Origin: Octopus vulgaris
Lineage: Eukaryota
Assembly: GCA_951406725.2 (NCBI GenBank)
Contig: OX597841.1
Coordinates: forward strand, 22,940,001 to 23,004,000
DNA: 64,000 nt
Direction of reading: 5' to 3'
The translations under genes and the position numbers were made by a program. Positions 12,290 to 22,528 of this stretch are shown here, piece after piece (within the stretch, counting starts at the first letter, position 1; the number at the start of each line of letters is the position of its first letter). The notes beneath the pieces were generated by a model. That model did not search any database and had not been told where the DNA came from. It was given only the letters and a program-made list of their open reading frames with translations.

Positions 12290-13520
12290 TACATACTGTG
12301 AAGGATATGCCTGTATGTATGGGTAGCCACGATTTTACTTAGCTTGTCAGATCTTCTCAAGCACAGTTAGGGTTAGGGTTCAGAGGTCTAGGTCCCTTGT
12401 CATTTCCTCAGTAGTGCTGTAGTCACATATCTCTTCTACAGCAAGACCTTTGTACCTGTCCCTCCATCATACCTTCGTGTCTCAACAGATAACTAACAAA
12501 AGACTTTATTATATGTTCATAATCAGAAACTATAAATTTGTGTCAGAGATTCCTGTACTATCAGAGATCGTAGCTTATAGAAAGCGGTTCTGAACCAGGG
12601 TCCATAAAAGATTTAGTTAAAATTTATTTGGAAATAAATTAGTTATACGTCTATAATGCACAAAATATTTTAACAATTTTGTTTATAAAATTATTAATAA
12701 AAACTATAATAGAATTTTTTAAAACATCGAATCGCTCGTTAGGAGGGTACAACCGAGTAAAATAGGAATTAAAGAAGTCCATATATAAAATATATGTTGG
12801 AGCAGGAGTCGGGGAACTTTTTTAACCAGTTACCCCAAAATATATTTAAGTCGACGTTACCTCCCTTGAGTTGAAACTAAATAAATTTCTGATTCTTTGA
12901 ATTCAAAAGATTTATTGTATTTATTTATATGCAGAATACAATTATAAATATAAAAAGTATAAAACAAATGCGACAAAATAAGTTAATAGACTTATTACGA
13001 AACAAAAGGATTTTTCACTTCACGTTTGGGAGAAATGATGTTTCATTTTCGTTAAAATTACATCAAAACTGTGACATTTTGATGCCAGAGAAATTAGGAT
13101 AGTCTTCAGTATCCAATCGATTACTCCTTATTTTTATGTTCACTAGGGTGGAAAATCCTTGTTTGCAAAGGTGGGCTGTTGCAAAAGTCAACTTTCTGAT
13201 TCCAGACACGATTCTTTATATAATTCTACCTATGTCCAATGAGTCCTCCTTACTCCCACTTGGGGTTATTTACCCCGATTCGCCGACTCCTGATTTAGAC
13301 AATAGTCTAGAACTGGGGTTTCTCAACCAGGGTCCATATACGACTTTGAGGGGTCCACGCAACAAAATAGTCAAAAGTGGATTCGCAATAGTATTTTAAG
13401 AGCCTCTGACAAATTTCGTTTTAGGTTTATGTAATGGTATGTATTGCAAGAAACAGCTTGACGTCTCTCAACCTAAACAAGTTAATGTGGTAGACAAAAC
13501 AGGATTTTTGAAAGAAGTTG

Positions 13521-14186
13521 GGATCTTTTCGGTTTGAACGGCAGTTTTTTCTAGCGGTGTCATATGAAATTGTCACCCATAATTATGACCCTGGTCATCA
13601 TCATCATTGTTCGACTGTGGTCGAGACAATGGAATTTACCATGTTCCGCCAGACTTCACGGTCCATCATGGCATTACGGAGGTCCTGTTGCTGGATGCCT
13701 GTATCCCTGGAGATTACATCAGGGTAGGAGAGTGTGCGCTCTCTGGTATTGCGAGTAGATGGCTTCCAGAGGAAAAGAATAGAATTACCTCTTTTTCAGC
13801 TCTATAACAATGTCCAGCAAACTGGACTCTCCTACCTTTCACAAGACCCTGGTATCGATCGATTGCATTTCAATCTGTTTTAGGGTTAGAGGGAAAGAAT
13901 ATCTTATTTTTTTCAGAAATGTAAATAAACCCAATCTGTTTCTTAAACGAGGGACATATTCGTACGGCACAGAATGTTTTCACCTCAATTAAACGTCATT
14001 GATTGGTTGAAATTACAGAAATTGAAGAAAAAACAACAACAAATATCTTACAAACTATAGAATTTTCTCAATAAAGCCAAGAGAAAAAGATGTTTTATAA
14101 ACACATTCTAGCAGTATACGAAGTTTAAAATCTTTTAGTTAACTAGAAATTATGTTAAAAAACTGCCGTTCAAACCGAAAAGATCC
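13521..14186. mobile_element. MITE with 28 bp TIR GGATCTTTTCGGTTTGAACGGCAGTTTT (Merlin-like)
   Basis: Perfect TIRs; same family at 20254-20853, 24593-24700 (partial), 61670-62065 and 62275-62430. Confidence 0.75.
13596..13844 (-). mobile_element. 5'-truncated RTE-clade LINE 3' end nested in the MITE
   Basis: Translates RRVQFAGHCYRA...YPDVISRDTG...AMMDREVWRNMV*; (GAT)n tail; 9 bp TSD GACCCTGGT at 13587-13595 and 13845-13853. Confidence 0.8.
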
Positions 14187-14484
14187 GAAAGCTATAAGAC
14201 TAGTTTTTAAAAATCGAATGGTTATGGGAGTCCACCAGAATAAAATAGTAATCAAAGGGGTCCATCAGTTAAAAGAATGGTTAAAAACTGCTGGTAATTG
14301 CTTTTGTATCGTTGAAATCTGTTCGATAATTGAGGCAAAGGTGGTGGAGACCAGAACTGCTGTCTACGTCCACCGAGCAACATTGAAGGGTTTGTTTTGT
14401 GGAGGCGAAGATGCGGGAGTCAATGCAGACGATGACACACGATGTTAATTAAGAGATAGAATAGCTTCATAAGTGAATACTTAC

Positions 14485-14625
14485 AGAAATTTGTTTCTAT
14501 CGAGGTTAAATATCGATTTGGCTTCAACAGTGGACATGAGAAGCAGAAAACCAGGAACAAAGGTGCGAAGAAGGCGGATGCCACTTTTACTGCGCTTGCG
14601 TAGAACCGACATCGCTTTCCTATAG
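14485..14625 (-). promoter_or_regulatory. Putative non-coding exon 1 and core promoter of ZF2 (NRF1-like TGCGCTTGCGTA at ~14591-14602)
   Basis: Essentially identical to 25088-25228 upstream of ZF3; ends at a GTAAGT donor. Confidence 0.5.
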
Positions 14626-14665
14626 AATGTCAGTTTCGAATTCTGGCACAAGGCCAGCAATTTCG

Positions 14666-15264
14666 GGTACTACTAGCGAACGGTGGTCCCGGTGCGTGCA
14701 CACGCGCTAGCTAGTCGTAAGTAGTCGATCCTAAATAATTTTTTTTAAACTAAGTAAATAAATTATTTTTGAGTGGCTGTGTGGTAAGTAGCTTGTTTAC
14801 CAACCGCATGGTTCCGGGTTCAGTCCCACTGCGTGGCAACTTGGGCAAGTGTCTTTTGCTATAGCCTCGGGCTGACCAAAGCCTTGTGAGTGGATTTGGT
14901 AGACGGAAACTGAAAGAAGCCCGTCGTATATATGTATATATATATGTGTGTTTGTGTTTGTCCCTCTAGCATTGCTTGACAACCGATGCTGGTGTGTTTA
15001 CGTCCCCGTCACATAGCGGTTCGGCAAAAGAGACCGATAGAATAAGTACTGGGCTTACAAAATAATAAGTCCCGGGGTCGAGTTGCTCGACTAAAGGCGG
15101 TGCTCCAGCATGGCCGCAGTCAAATGACTGAAACAAGTAAAAGAGTAAAGAGAGAGAGTAAACTAAGATTAGAATTAAAATGTCGTTGTCGGATCGACTA
15201 CTTACGACTAGCTAGCACGGATGCGCGTGTGAGCGCACCGGGACCACTGTTCGCTAGTAGTACC
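14666..15264. mobile_element. MITE with ~60 bp imperfect TIRs (GGTACTACTAGCGAAC...) and a nested family B SINE (14771-15158)
   Basis: Inverted ends at 14666-14731 and ~15191-15264; 8 bp TSD-like CAATTTCG / CATATTCG; empty site at ~25261-25272 in the ZF3 copy. Confidence 0.8.
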
Positions 15265-15574
15265 CATATTCGGGGGTCGGGATTCAAATGGCAGAGTTTT
15301 TAAAATACTTTACTCGTTTCGGTCATAAGACTGCGGCCATGCTGGAACACCACCTTTAGTCGCAGAAATCGAACTGACGATGCTTGGGGTACACACACAC
15401 ACACATACATATATATATACATAGATACATATCAAAATAAGCAACTAGGATATCCTTTTTGCTTATTTTGATCCTAATCACTTTATTTTGAAATTGAATG
15501 GATGATAAAGTACTAAATTCTGGTGCCTCAACCTAAGTACCATATTCATCTGAATCTAAATTTTTGCTTAACTT

Positions 15575-16086
15575 ATATACCATACATATATCTATATATA
15601 TATGTGTGTGTGTGTGTATATATATATATGCACACACACACATATATATATATATACCTATATATATATATGTATATATACATATATATATATATACATG
15701 CATACATAAATATATATATGTGTGTATATATACATATATATATACATAAATATATATATATGCATGTATATATATATGCATATATATATGTGTATATGCA
15801 TATATATATGTATATATACATATGTATATATATATATACATATACATCTATATATATATATATATATACATATAGATCTATATATATATATACATAAATA
15901 TAAATCTATATACATGTATATATACATATACATAATACACCTATACATATACATCTACTTAAATACATAAATATATATGTCCAGATGTGTACACACATAT
16001 GCATGCATATATATATATATACACACACACACACATACATATATACATACACACATACATAATATATACACACACACATGCATAAT

Positions 16087-16110
<24 letters not shown>
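15575..16110. repeat. Long compound (TA)/(CA)/(TG) microsatellite
   Basis: Directly visible low-complexity dinucleotide tract. Confidence 0.95.
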
Positions 16111-16117
<7 letters not shown>

Positions 16118-16478
16118 GGCACTCCATCAGTTACAACAGGGTTTCTAGTTGATCCAATGAACGGAACAGCCTGCTCATGAAATTCATGTGTAAGTGGCTG
16201 AGCTCTCCACAGACACATGTACCATGAACGTATTTTTCGGGGTCATTGAGTGTAACAAGGGTGGCTCTTTGAAATACATCTACAATGGAAACAAGAAAGA
16301 GTGAGAGAAAGCTGTGTTGAAAGAGTACAGCAAGGTTTGACAACACCCCCTGTTGGAACCTCGTGTAGCTTTAGGTGTTTTCACTCAATAAACACTCACA
16401 GGACCCGGTCTGGGAATCGAAGCTACGATCCCATAACTACAAGTCTGCTGCCCTAACCACTGGACCATTGCGCCTCCA
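16111..16478 (-). mobile_element. tRNA-derived SINE family C (subtype 1)
   Basis: Head GGAGGCGCAATGGTCCAGTGGTTAGGGCAGC on the minus strand; homologous to 32366-32712, 41152-41260 and 58750-59097. Confidence 0.8.
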
Positions 16479-17304
16479 CACACACACACACACACATATC
16501 TTAATATATAACCATCCGAATGTGGCCATGCCAGCGACGCGCGACTGGCTTCCGTGCCGGTGGCCTTTGCCAGCCTCGCCTGACCTCTGTGCCGGTGGCA
16601 AATAAAAAGCACCATCCGACTGTGGCCGTTTGCCAGCCTCGTCTGGCACCTGTGCCGGTGGCACGTAAAAAGCACCCACTTCACTCACGGAGTGGTTGGC
16701 ATTAGGAAGGGCATCCAGCTGTAGAAACACTGCCAAATCAGACTGGGCCTGGTGCAGCCTTCTGGCTTCCCAGTTGCACCGTCCAACCCATGCTAGTATG
16801 GAAAGTGGACGCTAAACGATGATGATGATGATGATATATACATAATATATACATTATAGTCACAGCTCATGTCTCACTGCCATGTAGCATTGCTGTTCGT
16901 TAGAATGTTTTCTCTGCATTTGTTCTGTTTGTTGGGTCTTTGAGTTTCTATATCTTTCCTTTCCAGACTGGTTTCTTTCTTCGAGTCCTTCTAACTCTAA
17001 GTGTGAAGTCACTAACCACTTACCTATGTTGAGTTGTAAATTCTTCGTCTGGTAAAAACTCTGCAATTACAAACATCTATCCATTCTGTTTCCTGGTGAC
17101 AACATAATCTAGCTAGCACACCCACCAGATTGGTAGGTGATTGGGTGGTTCTTTTGTTTCCTTCAGTTAATTTTGCAGATCATCAAATCGTTTACATCTC
17201 AGTACTCTAACAGCCTTGCTCCCTATTCATTTCTAGAGCCAAAGCCATAATCTCCATGCACCCAATGAAATCCATTGTAGAGCTGCCTAAAATGTGTTAG
17301 TCAC

Positions 17305-17537
17305 AAGGCGGTGTGTTGGCAGAAGTGTTAGCACGCCGGGCGAAATGCTTAGCGGTATTTCATCTACCGTTACGTTCTGAGTTCAAATTCCGCCGAGGTA
17401 GACTTTGCCTTTCATCCTTTTGGGGTCGATAAATTAAGTACCAGTTACGCACTGGGGTCGATGTAATCGACTTAATCCATTTGTCTGTCCTTGTTTGTCC
17501 TCTCTGTATTTAGCCCCTTGTGGGTAGTAAAGAAATA
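17305..17537 (+). mobile_element. SINE family A
   Basis: Full-length match to the 1369 copy. Further copies at ~19663-19895, 29195-29535, 36122-36335, 50030-50236 and 61197-61661. Confidence 0.85.
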
Positions 17538-17736
17538 TGTTAGTCACCAGCCACAGTAACTAAGTCCTTGTCACTGAGGTAGTCTACAACAGGACCTCAG
17601 AAAATTCCTTCTTCTGATCTGCCAACTCAGAATGTGGAGCATATGCAAAGACAAATATAGCTACTGACTTATCTACGACTATGACAGCTTCAATTACTTT
17701 ATCTACATATTTTTCTGTCAAAAGTATGCATACATA

Positions 17737-18143
17737 GGCGTAGGAGTGGCTGTGTGGTAAGTAGCTTGTTTACCAACCACATGGTTTCGGGTTCAGTCTC
17801 ACTGCGTGGCATCTTGGGCAAGTGTCTTCTACTATAGCCGCGGGTCGACCAAAGCCTTGTGAGTGGATTTGGTAGACGGAAACTGAAAGAAGCCCGTCGT
17901 ATATATGTATATATATATATATTTGTGTATGTGTGTGTATATGTTTGTGTCTGTGTTTGTCCCCCCAACATCACTTGACAACCGATGCTGGTGTGTTTAC
18001 GACCCCGTAAATTAGCAGTTCAGCAAAAGAAACCGATAGAATAAGTACTAGGCTTACAAAGAATAAGTGCTGGGGTCGATTTGCTCAACTAAAGGCAGTA
18101 CTCCAGCACGGCCCACAGTCAAATGACTGAAACAAGTAAAAGA
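17737..18143 (+). mobile_element. SINE family B
   Basis: Full-length match. Further copies at ~33395-33755, 38276-38690, 56130-56516, 57718-58076 and 60441-60830. Confidence 0.85.
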
Positions 18144-20253
18144 TTATACATCACCCAAAATTCAAGAAGGATTTAGGGAGAGAATAGAAGTGGGACTGAA
18201 GCTAGAACCAGTCTTGGGCTGACCAAAACCTTATGAGCAGATTTGGTAGATGGAAACTGAGGATGGATGGGTGGACAGGGTAGATAGGTAAGTTTGTGAG
18301 AGAATAAAAAGAAAGTGAAAGAGAATAGGGACAAGAAACAGAAGTGAAAACAACACTGAAATATTTTCTTTTTCATTTTGTATATTTATTTACAACATAA
18401 CAACTGTTCACTAATTTTATCTTTTATTGTATATATATATACGTGCAGGTGGCGCGTAAAAAAAACCCAATCCAATCATGGCCGTTGCCAGCCTTGCCTG
18501 GCACGTAAAAAGCACCCACTACACTCTCGGAGTGTTTGGTGTTAGGAAGGGCATCCAGCTGTAGAAACACTGCCAGATCAGACTGGAGCCTGGTGCAGCC
18601 TTCTGGCTTCCCAGATCCCCGGTCGAACCGTCCAACCCATGCTAGCATGGAGAACGGACGTTAAACGATGATGATAATGATAGCTACAGAAAATATGAAA
18701 TATTGTTATCACAGTTATATCATTTTTTCTGTGCCAAAGCAAATCTAATTTCCACCTTCAAAGATCGCACGGCTTGAACATGTTGACAGGTCCAGGGACT
18801 GCTTTGTCCCCCAGCATCTGCTCTGGCCCTGTTTCTACAGCTGGGTGGCTTTGCCAACACCAATCACTTCACTTAGTGCACTGGGTGTTTTTGTCATGAC
18901 ACTAGTACCAATGAAGCTACTATGTAGCTTGCAAGACTTGAAATCCCCTTCGACTGAGCAGAGCTACATTAAAGAGGGAGATAAGGGGTTAAAGTATGAA
19001 AGAAGGGGTTGTATAGTTTATTTATCTTATAGGATAAATTTTAAACCTTCTCCGTGCTGTTGTCCATATAAGTTTCCTTCCTTGTAGCTGCATTTTGTCA
19101 CATTGCTAAAGTTTATTTCCAGTAAACAGGGGACATTTGATTCAGAACAAGGGTTAGGGTTAGGGTTAACTTTTGTTTTCTGATGTTATTTCCATTGTTT
19201 ATAAACTAAGCCCGAGGTGACCAATCTTCAAAATCGATTGCAGTTTCTTTTAGATTTTGTTTTTACTGAATCGAAATGGCCACCCCTGCATTTGAAGCTT
19301 TTTCTGAAGGAAATCTTGTTTGATTCTGACTCAGACAATGATTTTGAAGGATTTGCTTAAGCAGACATTGATGGTGAAATCATTTGAGATGATGATGAGG
19401 ATGTAGACTGTGCTTACAGTTTATACTGAGTGGATACTATCATCCATGGCTGGCCAATTTAAGGAACATACTATCCCAGGCTTACATAAAAATACTATTC
19501 ATCCTTTCCTTTATTAGTATACAGAAAAATCAAGTCTGTACACACAATATGATGTAAGTTATAACAATTTTAAACCAGTGGTGCTCCTGGCTTTTGCTCC
19601 CTCAAAAATAGTGCAGGGGCAGGGGAAACTATTTTAGGGGCAAATCAGCGTGTTAAAGGTTAATGGGTAGCTAGCAGAAACGTTACCATGCCGGGCAAAA
19701 TGCTTAGCGGTATTTTGTCTGCCGTTACGATGTAAGTTCAAATTCCGCCGAGGTCGACTTTGCCTTTCATCCTCCTGGGGGTCGATAAATTAAGTTCCAG
19801 TTAAGCACTGGGGTCGATGTAATCGACTTAATCCGTTTGTCTGTCCTTGTTTGTCCCCTCTATGTTTAGCCCCTTATGGGTAGTAAAGAAATAGGTAAAT
19901 ATAGAGCAGCAACACATAATGGAAGTTTTGTTGATTTTTTACCTTTTTCTCATTGGTATATCAAGAAATTTTATAAATACTATAACTCATCAATATTTGG
20001 CTTAACTTCTCCTTTTCCCTACAGGTACAGATTCTGCCAAACTGTGAAGAAGGCACAATGAAAAGTAGCTCAGGTGTGATTGTGGAGATGCTGGAGTGGA
20101 GAGAAATTGTGTTGCATACGAGATGTAAGACGGAAGAGGTCCTCAAACCAAATTCCTCACAGCTAAGTGACAGCAAGTGTGTATAAGTGAGATTAGTGTT
20201 TGGGTAGGGATACTGTCAGCTGAGATGGCAAAAGTAATTGGAGTAGAAAGGGT

Positions 20254-20853
20254 GGATCTTTTCGGTTTGAACAGCAGTTTTTAACACAATTTCCAGGTAA
20301 CTAAAAAATTTTAAACTTTGTATATTGGTAGAATGTGTTTATAAAACATCTTTTTCTCTTGGCTTTATTGAGAAAATTCTATAGCTTGTTAGATATTTGT
20401 TGTTTTTTTCTTCTTCAATTTCTGCAATTTCAACCAATCACTGACGTCTATTGAGGTGAAAACATTCTGTGCCATATGAATATGTCCCTCTTTTAAGAAA
20501 CACTTTTAAACTTCGTATATTGGTAGAATGTGTTTATAAAACATCTTTTTCTCTTGGCTTTATTGAGAAAATTCTATAGTTTGTAAGATATTTGTTGTTT
20601 TTTCTGCAATTTCAACCAATCACTGACGTCTATTGAGGTAAAAAAAAAAACATTCTGTGCCGTATGAATATGTCCCTCGTTTAAGAAACAGATTGGGTTT
20701 ATTTACATTTGTGAAGAAAAAAGATACCCTTCATCCCACCCCTAACCCTAAAACAGATTGAAATGCAATAGATCGATACTAGGGTCATAATTATGGGTGA
20801 CAATTTCATATGACACCGCTAGAAAAAAACTGCCGTTCAAACCGAAAAGATCC
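20254..20853. mobile_element. Merlin-like MITE with an internal ~175 bp tandem duplication
   Basis: 28 bp TIRs starting GG and a perfect 8 bp TSD GAAAGGGT (20246-20253, 20854-20861). GG termini with an 8-9 bp TSD fit Merlin/IS1016. Confidence 0.8.
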
Positions 20854-21148
20854 GAAAGGGTGTGTGACAGGATGATTAAGTTTGAGAATAATTAAAGGTA
20901 CCTCAACAGCAACATTTATCTTGGCACATGCCCTACAGGCAAGACTGTCAGAAATACAGGAGTTCCATTATGAGATCTTTCAGCAGACTCTGTCAACACC
21001 TGACAGCAACCTCATTATCATAGGCAGAAACTTGAATGGACATATTAGTTTCAAATTTTGGCACAAGGCCAGCATGGAAGATGGATGTCAACTGATGATG
21101 ATAATGATATGGTTACTAAACTCTATGGTTATGTTTATGCTTCATCAA

Positions 21149-21555
21149 GTTAAGTTAAGTTAATTTTTTGGCTCAAAAAGCAAAAAGCAAGGCCATGTAG
21201 GGGGACATGGAGTTATGTACAGGGAGGGTGTTCATGCAAAGAGTTCAGGCCATTTCTGGTAAAGAGAGATTTTGAACCGAGCCGTCGTTGGCATCTTCAC
21301 TATCTCGTCCGGCAGCTTATTCCACGGATCCGCAACCCGGACGGAGAAAGCACCTCTCCTTCGGTTGAAATGAAATCGTCGCAGATAGAGCTTTTCGGAG
21401 TGACCCCACAGCCAACGCTCTGGAGCAGGAGTGAAGAACATCTCTTTCGAGAGGTTACACTTTCCGCTTATGATGTGAGCAAGAATGAGATCACCACGGT
21501 GTCGTCGTTTTTCTAGGGAATAAAGTTCGAGCGTCTCCAGCCTTTCTTCATAAGA
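21149..21555 (-). mobile_element. 5'-truncated CR1-clade LINE inserted in the last finger of ZF3
   Basis: Translates SYEERLETLELYSLEKRRHRGDLI...FSVRVADPWNKLP, a typical CR1-type ORF2 C-terminus, followed by a short 3'UTR and (TTAAC)n tail. Confidence 0.85.
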
Positions 21556-21586
21556 GTAATTATACGAAAGTGATTTATCACAGATA

Positions 21587-22528
21587 TCACAGAGATGAAG
21601 GTTTCTTTCCTGTATGAATACGTTTGTGACTAGATAAATCACCACTTCGAGAAAATGATTTACCACACACCTCACAGTGAAATGGTTTCTCACCTGTATG
21701 AATACGCTTATGAACAGTTAAGGGGCTACTTTCAGCAAAGGATTTACCACAGATGTTACACTGATATGGCTTTTCCCCAGTGTGAATACGTTTGTGTACA
21801 GTCAATTGGGTACTGTGTGAGAATGATTTCCTACAGATATCACACTGATATGGTTTTTCACCGGTATGAAAGCGTTTGTGTTGAGTCAAGTCACCACTTA
21901 CAGAGAATGCTTTATCACAGACATCACAGTGAAATGGTTTCTCACCTGTATGAATGCGCTTATGAACAGTTAATGAACTACTTTCAGCGAATGATCTACC
22001 ACAGACATCGCAGGGATATGGCTTTTCCCCAGTGTGAATACGTCTGTGTACAGTCAAGTGAGTACTTTGTGAGAATGATTTACTACAGATATCACACTGA
22101 TATGGTTTTTCACCAGTGTGAAAGCGTTTATGTTGAGTCAAGTCACTACTCCCACAGAACGATTTACCACAGATGTCACAGTGAAATGGTTTCTCCCCTG
22201 TATGAATGCGTTTGTGTTTAGTTAGGGTACTCCCTACTGAGAAAGATTTTCCACAGACATCACAGTGATATGGTTTCTCTCCTGTGTGAATACGTATGTG
22301 AACAGTTAAATGAATCCTTCGCGAGAATGATTTGCCACAGATATCACAGTGATGTGACCTCTCTCTTCCGTGGGTAAGTTTGTGTTCATGGAGAAGCCGC
22401 TCATCAGAGAATAATTTACCACAGATATCACACTGACATGGTGTTTTTCCTTTCTCTTTCTTTATATCATCAGGAAAATCAATAGCTTTACATTGTCTTT
22501 CATAGTCCTCACATAATATATACTCCAT
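21587..22528 (-). CDS. C2H2 zinc-finger protein ZF3, 10 fingers, paralogue of ZF2
   Basis: The ATG of MEYILC at 22528 matches the ZF2 start; the ORF ends by a frameshift just before the last finger. Confidence 0.88.
   Translation of the reverse strand: MEYILCEDYERQCKAIDFPDDIKKEKGKTPCQCDICGKLFSDERLLHEHKLTHGRERSHHCDICGKSFSRRIHLTVHIRIHTGEKPYHCDVCGKSFSVGSTLTKHKRIHTGEKPFHCDICGKSFCGSSDLTQHKRFHTGEKPYQCDICSKSFSQSTHLTVHRRIHTGEKPYPCDVCGRSFAESSSLTVHKRIHTGEKPFHCDVCDKAFSVSGDLTQHKRFHTGEKPYQCDICRKSFSHSTQLTVHKRIHTGEKPYQCNICGKSFAESSPLTVHKRIHTGEKPFHCEVCGKSFSRSGDLSSHKRIHTGKKPSSL

Larger units (their letters stand above)
12583..14293. mobile_element. Nested hAT-like MITEs (outer GCGGTTCTGAACC...GGTTAAAAACTGC; inner CAGGAGTCGG...CCGACTCCTG at ~12802-13292)
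   Basis: Short TIRs resembling CAG-type hAT ends; paralogous nest at ~23530-24898. Confidence 0.5.
11282..14485 (-). other. Putative 5'UTR intron of ZF2 (donor CT|GTAAGT at 14485/14484, acceptor TTATTTCAG at 11283)
   Basis: Both splice sites are conserved in the ZF3 copy (25088/25087 and 22787) while the intron interior carries different TE insertions. Confidence 0.6.
7585..14665. repeat. Tandem segmental duplication, copy 1 (ZF2 unit); copy 2 is ~18260-25265
   Basis: Collinear unique sequence, e.g. 7630-8480 vs 18280-19400, 11060-11520 vs 22565-23050, 12400-13490 vs 23360-24570, 14195-14665 vs 24795-25268. Confidence 0.9.

Noticed and set aside
15523-16218. Many overlapping YIYIYI ORFs
   Set aside because: Translations of (TA)n/(CA)n microsatellite.
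21232-21693. 153 aa ORF as a standalone gene
   Set aside because: It is an off-frame finger segment joined to the CR1 LINE fragment; covered as a finding instead.
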